DNA of 26,709 nucleotides from a virus. Lineage: Duplodnaviria > Caudoviricetes. The DNA lies in the IMG/VR virus record IMGVR_UViG_3300030116_006104, positions 1 through 26,709 of that record; one strand, written 5' to 3'. Both the position numbers and the translations under genes were made by a program. The notes beneath the pieces were generated by a model that did no database searches, had not been told where the DNA came from, and worked only from the letters and a program-made list of their open reading frames with translations. Below are positions 1 to 9,333 of the stretch, in pieces (position 1 is the first letter of the stretch; every line of letters starts with the position of its first letter).

Positions 1-1853
1 CAAGCGAATGGGTGCCACCAGAGGTAGTTCCTGATCTTACGGATGCGAAAGAAATTGCAATAGATTTAGAAACAAAAGATGATGGCTTAAATAAAAGCAT
101 GGGGCCTGGCTGGGCTACAAAAAGTGGTAGAGTCATAGGTGTTGCCATAGCTGTCGAGGGATGGGAAGGATACTATCCTATTGCACACGAGGGAGGGCAT
201 AATCTAGACGCAAAAGTTTTTACTAATGCACTCAAACCTATTTTAGAATTACCTTGCGATAAAATATTTCACAACGCTATTTACGATGTTGGATGGCTTG
301 ATGCCATGGGTTTAAAAGTTAATGGTCGTATTGTTGACACAATGGTTGCAGCTCCTTTGGTAGATGAGAACAGGCGTAACTATTCTTTACGAGAATTATC
401 TAGACACTATGTTGGAGAAACAAAATCAGAAGCATTATTGTATGAAGCTGCGGCTGAGTATGGTGTAAATCCAAAGAGTGAGATGTGGAAACTACCTCCA
501 ATGTATGTTGGTCCATATGCAGAGCAAGATGCTGCAGTAACTTTAAAGTTATGGAAAGCATTACAAAGAAAAATAATTCAAGGAGACTTGACAGACATCT
601 TTAATTTAGAGTCAGAACTATTTCATGTTTTGTTTGCTATGAAAAAGAAAGGTGTAAGAATAGATTTAGATAAAGCTGCAACGATTAAAGTTGATTTTGA
701 AAAAGAAGAAAACAAAGTACGACGCAGCTTAAATAAAACATGCGGGTTTGATCTTGAGATTTTATCACCACTATCTATTGCAAAAGCTTTTGATAAATTA
801 AAAATAGAATACAGCAAAACACCATCAGGATTACCTGCGTTTGATAAAAACTTTTTATTAAATCAACCATCTAAGTTTGCACAAGATATAGTAAAGGCAA
901 GAGAGTTTAATAAAGCAAGAACAACATTTGTAGATTCTATTTTAAAACACGCACACAATGGTCGTATTCATGCAGATGTAAATCAAATGCGATCTGAAAC
1001 AGGTGGCACTATCTCTGGTAGATTAAGTATGCAGAATCCTAATCTGCAACAAATGCCTACACGTAATCAAAACATTGGTCCTAAAATACGAGAGCTTTTT
1101 ATTCCTGAAGAGGGTGAGCAGTGGGGTTGCTTTGACTATTCACAACAAGAGCCCAGACTTCTTGCACATTATGGTGCACTTGTTAGTGAAACAACATCGT
1201 GGGAGGTCAGCTCGGTAAATAAATTAGTAAAAGATTATAATGAAAATCCAGATACAGACTTTCATCAAGTTGTTGCTGATATGGCTGGCATAGATCGTAA
1301 ACAAGCAAAAACAATCAACCTTGGCATGATGTATGGCATGGGTAGAGGCAAGCTTGGGTCTCAGTTAGGATTAGATGCAGATGATGCTAAAGAAGTTTTT
1401 GAAAAATATCACGCTACAGTTCCATTTGTAAAAGCATTAACAGATGGCACACAAAAAAAAGCTGCCGATGTAGGAGAGATTAGAACTTTACTTGGTCGTG
1501 TTTGTCGTTTTGATATGTGGGAACCAAACATGTATGGTCTTCATCAAGCATTAAAAAAAGAAGAAGCAGAAAGAAAACACGGAGGGATGAATAGAATACG
1601 TCGTGCTTTTACATACAGGGCTCTAAATAGGTTGATTCAAGGTTCGGCTGCGGATCAAACAAAAAAAGCCATGGTAGATATTTTTAAAGAAGGCATAACA
1701 CCTTTGATACAAGTTCATGATGAATTAGATATCTCGATATATGATGAAGATCAGAAGAAAAGGATTATTGAAATCATGGAGAACACAGTTCCCCTAAGAG
1801 TTCCATCACAAATAGACTGTGAGGTAGGTCCTTCTTGGGGTGAGATTGGATAA
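1..1853 (+). CDS. polA: Phage DNA polymerase family A (3'-5' exonuclease + polymerase), probably 5'-truncated by the window edge
   Basis: ExoI IAIDLET, ExoII FHNAIYDV, ExoIII YAEQDA; motif A FDYSQQEPRLLAHY, motif B RKQAKTINLGMMYG, motif C QVHDEL; SGRLSMQNPNLQQMP. The frame is open upstream of the GTG at 12 (S-E-W-V-P-P-E), so the true start probably lies before the window. Confidence 0.96.
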   Translation, partial: SEWVPPEVVPDLTDAKEIAIDLETKDDGLNKSMGPGWATKSGRVIGVAIAVEGWEGYYPIAHEGGHNLDAKVFTNALKPILELPCDKIFHNAIYDVGWLDAMGLKVNGRIVDTMVAAPLVDENRRNYSLRELSRHYVGETKSEALLYEAAAEYGVNPKSEMWKLPPMYVGPYAEQDAAVTLKLWKALQRKIIQGDLTDIFNLESELFHVLFAMKKKGVRIDLDKAATIKVDFEKEENKVRRSLNKTCGFDLEILSPLSIAKAFDKLKIEYSKTPSGLPAFDKNFLLNQPSKFAQDIVKAREFNKARTTFVDSILKHAHNGRIHADVNQMRSETGGTISGRLSMQNPNLQQMPTRNQNIGPKIRELFIPEEGEQWGCFDYSQQEPRLLAHYGALVSETTSWEVSSVNKLVKDYNENPDTDFHQVVADMAGIDRKQAKTINLGMMYGMGRGKLGSQLGLDADDAKEVFEKYHATVPFVKALTDGTQKKAADVGEIRTLLGRVCRFDMWEPNMYGLHQALKKEEAERKHGGMNRIRRAFTYRALNRLIQGSAADQTKKAMVDIFKEGITPLIQVHDELDISIYDEDQKKRIIEIMENTVPLRVPSQIDCEVGPSWGEIG

Positions 1854-2142
1854 GAAACATCAAAAAGGATTTCTAAATCATCTTAGAGCAATAGAGTGGT
1901 TAACAGCTCAAGAGTATTACGTCTTCGATAACATTAGTGGCCTTGGACCTTGTGACTTGATAGCACTGGGAGAAGATGGTGAAGTTATTAAAATAGATGT
2001 CAAAAGCGAAAGCACCAGAAAAACAGGAAAATTTGCTGGATACAAAATTACAAGACAGGTTTCTAATTCACAAGAAAAAATGGGCGTCAAATTACTCATG
2101 GTAAGTGAAACGGGAAAATGCTACTTCTATAAGGATGATTAA
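1840..2142 (+). CDS. Small PD-(D/E)XK nuclease-family protein (Holliday-junction resolvase-like)
   Basis: GPCDLIA...KIDVKS matches the PD...(D/E)xK pattern; 100 aa; start overlaps the end of polA. Confidence 0.65.
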   Translation: MRLDKKHQKGFLNHLRAIEWLTAQEYYVFDNISGLGPCDLIALGEDGEVIKIDVKSESTRKTGKFAGYKITRQVSNSQEKMGVKLLMVSETGKCYFYKDD

Positions 2143-2353
2143 GATTTGGGTTTTATTTGTATTTCTATCTTTGCCTAATAGTCCCGGTATCAAACACATC
2201 AGCGAGATAACTTTTTCTGAACAAGAATGTTTGATGAAGAAAGAACTTAAATCTGTTTATACAGAACAATGGGCACTGCAGAATAATATTGAACAATTTT
2301 ACTACGAGGTAAAATGTGTAGAAACAATGATGTATAATAATATTAATACTTAA
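2135..2353 (+). CDS. Small hypothetical exported/membrane protein with two Cys (72 aa)
   Basis: In-frame ATG at 2135 overlaps the end of the previous gene and gives a hydrophobic N-terminus MIKIWVLFVFLSLP; EQEC...VKCVE pair could form a disulfide. The ORF-track start at 2105 is less likely. Confidence 0.6.
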   Translation: MIKIWVLFVFLSLPNSPGIKHISEITFSEQECLMKKELKSVYTEQWALQNNIEQFYYEVKCVETMMYNNINT

Positions 2354-2553
2354 TCTAGTAGCTTATCTAATTTTTCGTTTATTTCTATGACTTGTATCTC
2401 AATGACCGAGAGCCGTGAGTCTATGCGCAGCATATCTAAATCTTTTATACTTGATTCAAGAGCCGAAACTCGTGATGACATCATACCGTACGTTGTAGCA
2501 ATACCAGCTACAATACCCATGATCCATATCCAATCACGCATTGATAGGTTCAT
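2350..2553 (-). CDS. Small single-TM coiled-coil membrane protein (holin/XhlA-like architecture)
   Basis: Hydrophobic WIWIMGIVAGIATTYGMM followed by heptad-like LESSIKDL..IDSRLSVIEIQVIEINEKLDKLLD; ATGA overlap with the upstream gene; last gene of the (-) late operon. Confidence 0.6.
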   Translation of the reverse strand: MNLSMRDWIWIMGIVAGIATTYGMMSSRVSALESSIKDLDMLRIDSRLSVIEIQVIEINEKLDKLLD

Positions 2554-2705
2554 TTTCTTTTAACCCCAGCCTCTCTCAAAGCAATAGCTATTGCTTGTTT
2601 TCTAGACTTAACTTTCTTTTTGGATTTACCAATTGGAAGTTTACCTTTCTTAAACTCGCGCATAACTTTACTTATCTTTTTATCTTGTTTTGTTTTCTTC
2701 TTCAT
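2550..2705 (-). CDS. 51 aa highly basic protein, DUF6496-like (not in the ORF track)
   Basis: Manual translation MKKKTKQDKKISKVMREFKKGKLPIGKSKKKVKSRKQAIAIALREAGVKRK; ATGA overlaps at both ends exactly fill the gap; KVMREFK.GKL and SRKQAIAIAL.EA motifs recalled from DUF6496. Confidence 0.85.
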   Translation of the reverse strand: MKKKTKQDKKISKVMREFKKGKLPIGKSKKKVKSRKQAIAIALREAGVKRK

Positions 2706-4090
2706 CGATTAGGATTTAAATTAAATAACTGAAATCCTGACTTATCTGGGTTAGCATCAAATGATTCACCTAGAAAATCAAGTAAATTAAATCCTTGATT
2801 CTGATTATCTAATGAATTCAATACCTCTAAAGCTGCAGCTTCACTTGCATCCTCTGGACCTCTTATCCTTGACGTTCTTGACACGTTGTCAGGGCTAAGT
2901 TGTTGATCCACCACTTCTGGAAGTAGTACCGGAGCATCAGATGTAAGCATGTCAAGTCCACTTGAAGGTTGAAACTGTGTCATCTGTCTGTCCACTTCAT
3001 TCATCAACACTTGTTTTTGATCTGTGTTTAGGTTTGGAGCGTTAGCTATGTTTTCTTTCATTATAACTACGTTGTTTGCTACTTGATTAGCAAAGTCTTC
3101 ACCTGACGTAGTTTGGTTTTTTAAGTTTGCACCAAAATCAAAAAGACCTGTTCTTTCAGTGGGTCCTTTTGATCTCGCACCGTCAATAGTTTTTAGGTTT
3201 GCACCCATGTCAAGAAAACCTGTTCTTTCCATAGGTTGTCTTGCTCTTGCACTATCAATAGTTTTTAAATTGTCCCCAATGGTTTTGAGATATTCATTAA
3301 ACGCTGTAAAACCAAGGTCATCTGGTTGTGGTTTTTCTCTTACAATAACGTTTGTGTCTGGCAACGGAACGCCCGCAGGCGCAACATCTAATGCTTTGTC
3401 AAAATCATCTGCTATTATTTCATCATCCATTATCTCTGGTGTTGACATTCCTTCACCTGCTGCGAAGTCTCTATCTAAAGCATATCTTTCTCCTGGCATT
3501 TGATCGTCTGTATATTTTTGTTGTTTATCATCCATGCCAAGAAATTCTTTAGCAACTCTGATTCCGGGTAGGCCCTGTCTTAATTGATCTGTTACAGGGT
3601 ACATTGCAGCGTAGGCTTCTGGGTTTTCGTTTATAAGTTTTCTTGTTGGATCTAAAAAATCTCTGTCAACTGTTTTATTAAATGCAGCTAAACCTGCATT
3701 GGTAAGCACTGGGCTACCATCACTGGTTCTAATTATTCTGCCGTTTGGTCCACCTGTTCTTGCAACACCACCTGGCGTGTTTGTTGCATTAAAAAATCCT
3801 AAATTTTTTACAAATTTATTTTGTCTTGATCGAAGATCTTTTACTAAAGCTAAATTGTTATCTTTTAAAGCGTTGTTTATTCGTCTATCAAGGCTACCAA
3901 TACTTTGTTCTAAACTTTTCTTCTTATCAGCTCTGGTCGTGGTTGATGCAGCTCTAATGCCAGACTCTCTACCACTATCATCAAACGTGGTCGTTGTCCT
4001 TTTACTAGGGCTTTTTCTGCTTCTAACATTACGTTGTACGCGTCTACGTTTAGCTTGATCTACTTTTTTAGGTCCACGTCCTCTAGGCAT
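2702..4090 (-). CDS. Hypothetical late protein (462 aa), basic N-terminus, acidic low-complexity C-terminus, internal repeats; possible internal virion protein
   Basis: Long ORF, start overlaps the stop of the 1383 aa gene (TAATG) with AAGGAG RBS upstream; no recognisable catalytic motif. Confidence 0.7.
   Translation of the reverse strand: MPRGRGPKKVDQAKRRRVQRNVRSRKSPSKRTTTTFDDSGRESGIRAASTTTRADKKKSLEQSIGSLDRRINNALKDNNLALVKDLRSRQNKFVKNLGFFNATNTPGGVARTGGPNGRIIRTSDGSPVLTNAGLAAFNKTVDRDFLDPTRKLINENPEAYAAMYPVTDQLRQGLPGIRVAKEFLGMDDKQQKYTDDQMPGERYALDRDFAAGEGMSTPEIMDDEIIADDFDKALDVAPAGVPLPDTNVIVREKPQPDDLGFTAFNEYLKTIGDNLKTIDSARARQPMERTGFLDMGANLKTIDGARSKGPTERTGLFDFGANLKNQTTSGEDFANQVANNVVIMKENIANAPNLNTDQKQVLMNEVDRQMTQFQPSSGLDMLTSDAPVLLPEVVDQQLSPDNVSRTSRIRGPEDASEAAALEVLNSLDNQNQGFNLLDFLGESFDANPDKSGFQLFNLNPNR
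3115..3290 (-). repeat. Degenerate 72 bp in-frame tandem repeat (about 2.4 copies of a 24 aa unit)
   Basis: GDNLKTIDSARARQPMERTGFLDM / GANLKTIDGARSKGPTERTGLFDF / GANLKNQT; TTTGCACC recurs at 3126 and 3198. Confidence 0.9.
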
Positions 4091-7000
4091 TATGTTCTCC
4101 TTGCTATTGTTTCTGTTATATCAATATCTCCGCTTTTGGCAAGTTGAGATCGATCTGTTTGTGATAAAGTTCTTCCGCCCGGTAGTTCTATTGGTGCAAT
4201 AGGGGTAACAGGGGCTGTTAGATTACTTTGACTACCTATTATAGGGCCAGCATCCGAGGTTTTAGGTCTTGTTACAAGAGGTTGTGACTCTATAATATTG
4301 AATGAATCTTTAAATAAACCGCCTACATCATCAAATATATTGGTTCTAAATAGGTTTCTGTATATGCCGTTGGTTATTCTTCTAACTGATCTACTAACAT
4401 CACTACCATCTCTAGCTCGTGAGTTCTCTCTCATTCTTTGAAAAGCAAAATCAGATACTTTTATTGGTGTAAAACGATTTCTAAGTAGATTAGCAGCCTC
4501 ATTTTTAGAGAATCTTTCAGATATTACTGCTCTAATTTCTCTGTCAGATAAACCTAATATTTTAGCTGCTTGTATTTGTTTAAATAGCTTCTGATCATTT
4601 CTTAGTTTAGCTGCGTTTGCCTTGTTGTATGCATCGACAATCTCTGCTGATGTGGCATCTGCTCTATAAGCAACACTTGTAAATAATTTTTTAGAATTAG
4701 TTAATGCTCTTTTGTTATCAGATATTTTAAAGTTTATACCATCCTGAACAAAAGGGTTTTGAATTCTAAATCCGAGCAAACCAGATGCTTCATTTAAAAA
4801 CTTATAGCCTCTGTTGTATTGATCCTTCTGTCCGATACCTGATAGGTACAGACGTTGAAACTGTTTGATAGATCCTGGCGAAGCTGTTCTGAATAACTCC
4901 GCAAGAGTGTTAGATATTTTTGTTCCTATCTCGTCTTCTGGATTCCATAGTCTTCTGCCCTCTGCAGTAGAACCGCCACGAACAAATACATCTGCAAGAA
5001 ATTGTGTTGCTATTGATTCTTCGACAAAAGGTGCTGCAAACTTAGATGCTGCTCTTATGGCTGCATCATCAAAACTTGCAAGAACACCCGCACCTTTGTC
5101 TCTTGATTCGTCAAAACCATTCATAGCAGCTCGAAGAGGCAACGTTAAAATATCATAAGCGTTAGTGTGAGAAAAATCTATGTAGTATAACTGATTACCT
5201 TGTTTAATAGGTATGAGAGTAGAATCCTTAGACCACTCTGGGAGATATTCTCTCAATGCATTTAGTTGTTCGTTAGATACACCAGCAACTAATTGTGCTC
5301 CTTCTTCTAATCCTTTACCTAAAGCAACACCAAATGTGGCTACTCCTGCAAGTCTAGTTGTTCCTATTCCAACAAGTTTACCACTTGGATCTGTAACTTC
5401 TCTAATACCCTGTTTTAGTGTGTTAAAACTAGTACGAATAATTTCTAAAGGAAAAGATACAAAGTTACCTACAGGAAGTCTTCTTAATGTTTGACCAAAC
5501 GAACCAATATAATCATAGTTAGGAATGTTGTTTTTAACTGTGTCTGCAGCTTTTAAATCTATAAACCTATCAAAGCCCTCTTGAGTTCGCATTGAAGCGA
5601 GGGCCTCGTCTCTTGTAAGAGTAGGATTTACTCTAGCAATCTCGTCACCAAAATCGTCCAAAAACTTTGATGGATTTTCTTTGTACATTTTTTCATATAC
5701 ACCTCTAAATTTACGTGACTCAGAATAAAAGTTTTGTATTTTGTATAAGTCATCCTCTGCTTGATACAACGTTCTTGCTATTCCACGTGCTTTATTAAAA
5801 CCTGTTTTGTCTCCCCATCCACGTAGTATTGTAAAAATTTTTCCTGTTTCTGTAAGATTTTGTAATCCTGCAGTTACCTCATCTAAACTTTGTGTTAGTT
5901 CTCCCAATCTTGCACTAGTATTAACAACACCAAGATTTTGTAATTTTATATACTCATCAACATAATTCTTATAGTCATCAGCATTTTTAAAATATTTTCT
6001 ACCCATGTCAGATTCAATCGCACTTTTAGATCTAGCTGTAACAACCTTGTAAGCCTCTTTAAAATCTTCTGCAAAACGAAGTGGGTTTGTAAAAAAATTA
6101 CCATTCATACCTGTAAAAGATGCTGCACTGATTATGTTACGAGCGTGTGTGATAGGAGATAAGGTTGTCTTTGCTTCTTGTGTCCATGCTTTTGGCGCAA
6201 GAAAAACTTTATAATACAAGTTAGATAATTCATCTGCATTTTTCCTTGAATTACTTATGTTTTCTAATGCTTTTGCAATCTCAGGAGTTGTTTTAAAACC
6301 GTTCAAAGGACCATCAGAAACGATTGTAGATCCAAATTCTAGCCCTCCTTCTCCTATAGGAACAGTTCCAACTTGTTCACCTCTTATTTGTTTTGGTGGC
6401 TCAAAGAAAAATCTATTCTTTCCTTTTTTTAATAACGTGTTGAAAAAGTTTGTGTCAGCTATGTATGTATTTATTTTAGCTGCGGTTCTCATATACTGTT
6501 TTATAGGATCTTTTATCTCACCAAGTAAATCTCTGAGTGGTTCAGGTATATCCTGTCTTACTTGTTTAATTGCATTATCATACTTGGATACTCTTGCTAT
6601 GGCACCACCAACAATGCTTTCTTTTTCTTCTGCTAATAAATTTTTTAATTCTAGTTCAACAGCTTCTTCAGTCATGTCTTTGTTATTATTTCTTATATAT
6701 ATTTTTGCTCTGTCTATTATCTCTTGTCCTTCTGGTGTATTTCTTAACGTATTAAGCCATTGTTCTCTTTCTACTTTAGTGCCGAACAATCTATACGATC
6801 TTGTCATGTACTCACCTATGTTAGCAGCCACAACGTTTTGAAAATCTGCACCACCTTTTAAAGTAAAGTTTGGCATTTCAGAAAGAGCCTTACTCATTTC
6901 ATCAATAGAATTTCTTATCTTTGTTATTGAAGGTAATAACTCTTTTGGTATGTCATCAGGTAAAGCTTTTGCTATTTCTTCTGCTGTCTTTGGAATCTTT

Positions 7001-8241
7001 GCACCAGTTTTAACATCCACTTTTGCTTTGTACGCACCGCTTGTTAGAAAATCATAAATGTTTTCCATCATCTTTTCTCTTCTTCGCAGCCCCATTGCGT
7101 CTAGTTTATTATATAAATTGCCTACATTAGGATCGATTGCTTCTTGTACAGCTTTTTCTAAATCTAAAGTTTCTACTCTAACTCTTTCGGCTACAGATCT
7201 TAATGTGTTTATTTTTTCTCTGTTAGCTTCAAAAACTTCTTTTGGTAAGTTGCCTCTTGCACGGAAAGGAGACAAAATATTCTTGTCTACCCATCGTAAA
7301 ATATTATTTTTATTAAACTGAAAACCCTCTTCTAAAGCTGTTTCTTTTAAAACGTTAGCATTTGCTTCTGGGTCAAACTCTAAAAATCTAACATTGTTTT
7401 TATTTAAACCTACGTGTTTTAACATACCGGTAAATGCTGGAACACTACCCTTAAACAAAACTTTACCTGCAGGAAATATAACATTGTCAAACAATGTAAA
7501 ACCAAGTGCACCTTCAACACCAAACTTAAATTTATTTTTTAATCTTTTAAAAGCTACTTCACGTCCAGTTGCATTGATGTCATCACTTTCATCATCTGTT
7601 TGAGTTGGTCCCACACCAAGTAAATCACCAAGTGTGCCCATATCACTTGTAGCCACCGCAGCTTCTGCGCCACCTGCAAGTGCAGCTTTTGTAACGTTCG
7701 GTCTTCTAGAAATAAAATCTGTTTTACCTGCTAGTTTACCACCAATACCTCTAGCTTTAATTAATCCATTAGCTGCTTTAAGTGCAACACCCCCGGGCAC
7801 ACCAAACTGTGTAAGAACAGATGTAACTGTGCCGGTCCATGATTCGTCAGCCTTGTCTTCTAAGGCATCTAAAATTTTATTATCATCAAAATATTTTTCT
7901 ACTTTTCTTGTTAAGTCAGTGCCTACACCAAGGTCAAGAAGTATAGTTCCAAGAGACAGTGTTCCTTCTGCTATTTTAAAACCACCTTCTCCGACACCTG
8001 CAAGACCTGCAGTTACAGGATCTGTTACATACTTTTCAAAAAAACCTCTTTGATCTTTCTTTGGATTACGAGCTACAGAATTAAAGTTTAAGCCAGTATC
8101 CATTGGCTTGTCTACTTGAATTACATTTCCCGATGGATCTCTGAATACGTTGTTTACTATTGTGGTTCTTACAGGATCACCTGGCTTTACGTTTTGAACC
8201 TCTACTAGATTTCCTAGAGGATCTCTTATTTTGTCAGCCAT
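4090..8241 (-). CDS. Large internal virion / DNA ejection protein (1383 aa)
   Basis: Size, Gly/Ala-rich hydrophobic N-terminal segments and position as the largest of a run of ejection-like genes in a podovirus late module; AAGGAG RBS. Function assigned by position and composition only. Confidence 0.7.
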   Translation of the reverse strand: MADKIRDPLGNLVEVQNVKPGDPVRTTIVNNVFRDPSGNVIQVDKPMDTGLNFNSVARNPKKDQRGFFEKYVTDPVTAGLAGVGEGGFKIAEGTLSLGTILLDLGVGTDLTRKVEKYFDDNKILDALEDKADESWTGTVTSVLTQFGVPGGVALKAANGLIKARGIGGKLAGKTDFISRRPNVTKAALAGGAEAAVATSDMGTLGDLLGVGPTQTDDESDDINATGREVAFKRLKNKFKFGVEGALGFTLFDNVIFPAGKVLFKGSVPAFTGMLKHVGLNKNNVRFLEFDPEANANVLKETALEEGFQFNKNNILRWVDKNILSPFRARGNLPKEVFEANREKINTLRSVAERVRVETLDLEKAVQEAIDPNVGNLYNKLDAMGLRRREKMMENIYDFLTSGAYKAKVDVKTGAKIPKTAEEIAKALPDDIPKELLPSITKIRNSIDEMSKALSEMPNFTLKGGADFQNVVAANIGEYMTRSYRLFGTKVEREQWLNTLRNTPEGQEIIDRAKIYIRNNNKDMTEEAVELELKNLLAEEKESIVGGAIARVSKYDNAIKQVRQDIPEPLRDLLGEIKDPIKQYMRTAAKINTYIADTNFFNTLLKKGKNRFFFEPPKQIRGEQVGTVPIGEGGLEFGSTIVSDGPLNGFKTTPEIAKALENISNSRKNADELSNLYYKVFLAPKAWTQEAKTTLSPITHARNIISAASFTGMNGNFFTNPLRFAEDFKEAYKVVTARSKSAIESDMGRKYFKNADDYKNYVDEYIKLQNLGVVNTSARLGELTQSLDEVTAGLQNLTETGKIFTILRGWGDKTGFNKARGIARTLYQAEDDLYKIQNFYSESRKFRGVYEKMYKENPSKFLDDFGDEIARVNPTLTRDEALASMRTQEGFDRFIDLKAADTVKNNIPNYDYIGSFGQTLRRLPVGNFVSFPLEIIRTSFNTLKQGIREVTDPSGKLVGIGTTRLAGVATFGVALGKGLEEGAQLVAGVSNEQLNALREYLPEWSKDSTLIPIKQGNQLYYIDFSHTNAYDILTLPLRAAMNGFDESRDKGAGVLASFDDAAIRAASKFAAPFVEESIATQFLADVFVRGGSTAEGRRLWNPEDEIGTKISNTLAELFRTASPGSIKQFQRLYLSGIGQKDQYNRGYKFLNEASGLLGFRIQNPFVQDGINFKISDNKRALTNSKKLFTSVAYRADATSAEIVDAYNKANAAKLRNDQKLFKQIQAAKILGLSDREIRAVISERFSKNEAANLLRNRFTPIKVSDFAFQRMRENSRARDGSDVSRSVRRITNGIYRNLFRTNIFDDVGGLFKDSFNIIESQPLVTRPKTSDAGPIIGSQSNLTAPVTPIAPIELPGGRTLSQTDRSQLAKSGDIDITETIARRT

Positions 8242-8250
8242 AATTTCTCC

Positions 8251-9333
8251 TTATGGTTTTGGAAATATTTGTCCCTTAAAGTAAACCATTGTTCCTGAAG
8301 GTAATGATTCATATAATTCTTTTCCCTCTGCAGTGTCTGGTATTTCTTTAGCATTGTAATATTCGTACTGATTAGCTGCATAAGCTTGTATTAATGACTC
8401 ATCAGAAATATTAGGATTAATTTTTTTATTGTTTTCGTCATAGTTTGAAGCTGTAATACTTGCTACAAGATTGGGATCAGCTATGATTTGTTGAATCTGA
8501 TTAGTTATAAATTCACCCGGGGATAATTTTTGTGCTTGAGATCTTATTTGTGCTTCTGCAATATCACCTGCAATTTTCTTTTCTTCTAACTTTCTTTCTT
8601 GCGCAGATTCAAATGCTTCAACACCTGACTCAATACCAGCTTTCTTAATGGCTGCAGCTCTATCTGCTAATTGATTACCTAGTTTAGCAAATTCTTTTAA
8701 AGGTTCTTTTGCAGATTCTGCAATAGCTTCTACTAAATTACCTCTCTTTGTAGCTAGTTCTAAACCAAACTGTATCATAGCATTGTACCCTGCACTCTTT
8801 GTTTTCTTTCTTGTGTCATCACCAATATATTTTTCAAACAAGTCTATACGTTCTTTTATGAAATCATCTAAGTCACCACCTTGAATATTTTTACCTGTTG
8901 CATCTGCTGCAGTGTCAGTTGCTTTTTCTTTTTGATCTTTTATGATACCCGCTTTTTCACCCTCTTCTATTGTCATCCCTGCAGGTCCGCCCGGTGTTGC
9001 TTCTACAGGTCCACCTGATCCTGCTGGTGTTTCAGTGCTTTGTTCAGCACTATCTGTTAGGGCATCATAGGCAAACCCAGCGCCAGTTAAAGCAGCAGTC
9101 TGTCCTGCTATGTTTTTAAAACTAGGTCTAAACGCTCCTGGCAATGTTCTTCTTCCAATACCACCAATACCTGTGGCTCTTTTTATACCTTCTTTTCCTG
9201 CTGTAAATACAGGTTTACCTACAAAATAGTTTCTTAAATTAGTTGGATTAACAACGGCTCTAGCGCCTCTTATTGCATAAGGTGCAGCTCTTAAGGCTAA
9301 TCCTGCTATACCTGCTACTATTGGAAGAACCAT
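8251..9333 (-). CDS. Putative internal virion / ejection protein (360 aa)
   Basis: N-terminal MVLPIVAGIAGLAL, Ala/Glu/Lys helical middle, C-terminal YESLPSGTMVYFKGQIFPKP motif of a type recalled from podovirus ejection proteins; GGAGG RBS, TAATG coupling. Confidence 0.6.
   Translation of the reverse strand: MVLPIVAGIAGLALRAAPYAIRGARAVVNPTNLRNYFVGKPVFTAGKEGIKRATGIGGIGRRTLPGAFRPSFKNIAGQTAALTGAGFAYDALTDSAEQSTETPAGSGGPVEATPGGPAGMTIEEGEKAGIIKDQKEKATDTAADATGKNIQGGDLDDFIKERIDLFEKYIGDDTRKKTKSAGYNAMIQFGLELATKRGNLVEAIAESAKEPLKEFAKLGNQLADRAAAIKKAGIESGVEAFESAQERKLEEKKIAGDIAEAQIRSQAQKLSPGEFITNQIQQIIADPNLVASITASNYDENNKKINPNISDESLIQAYAANQYEYYNAKEIPDTAEGKELYESLPSGTMVYFKGQIFPKP

Noticed and set aside
2541-2732. 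63 aa (+) ORF
   Set aside because: Shadow of the (-) 51 aa basic gene, which fits with ATGA overlaps on both sides.
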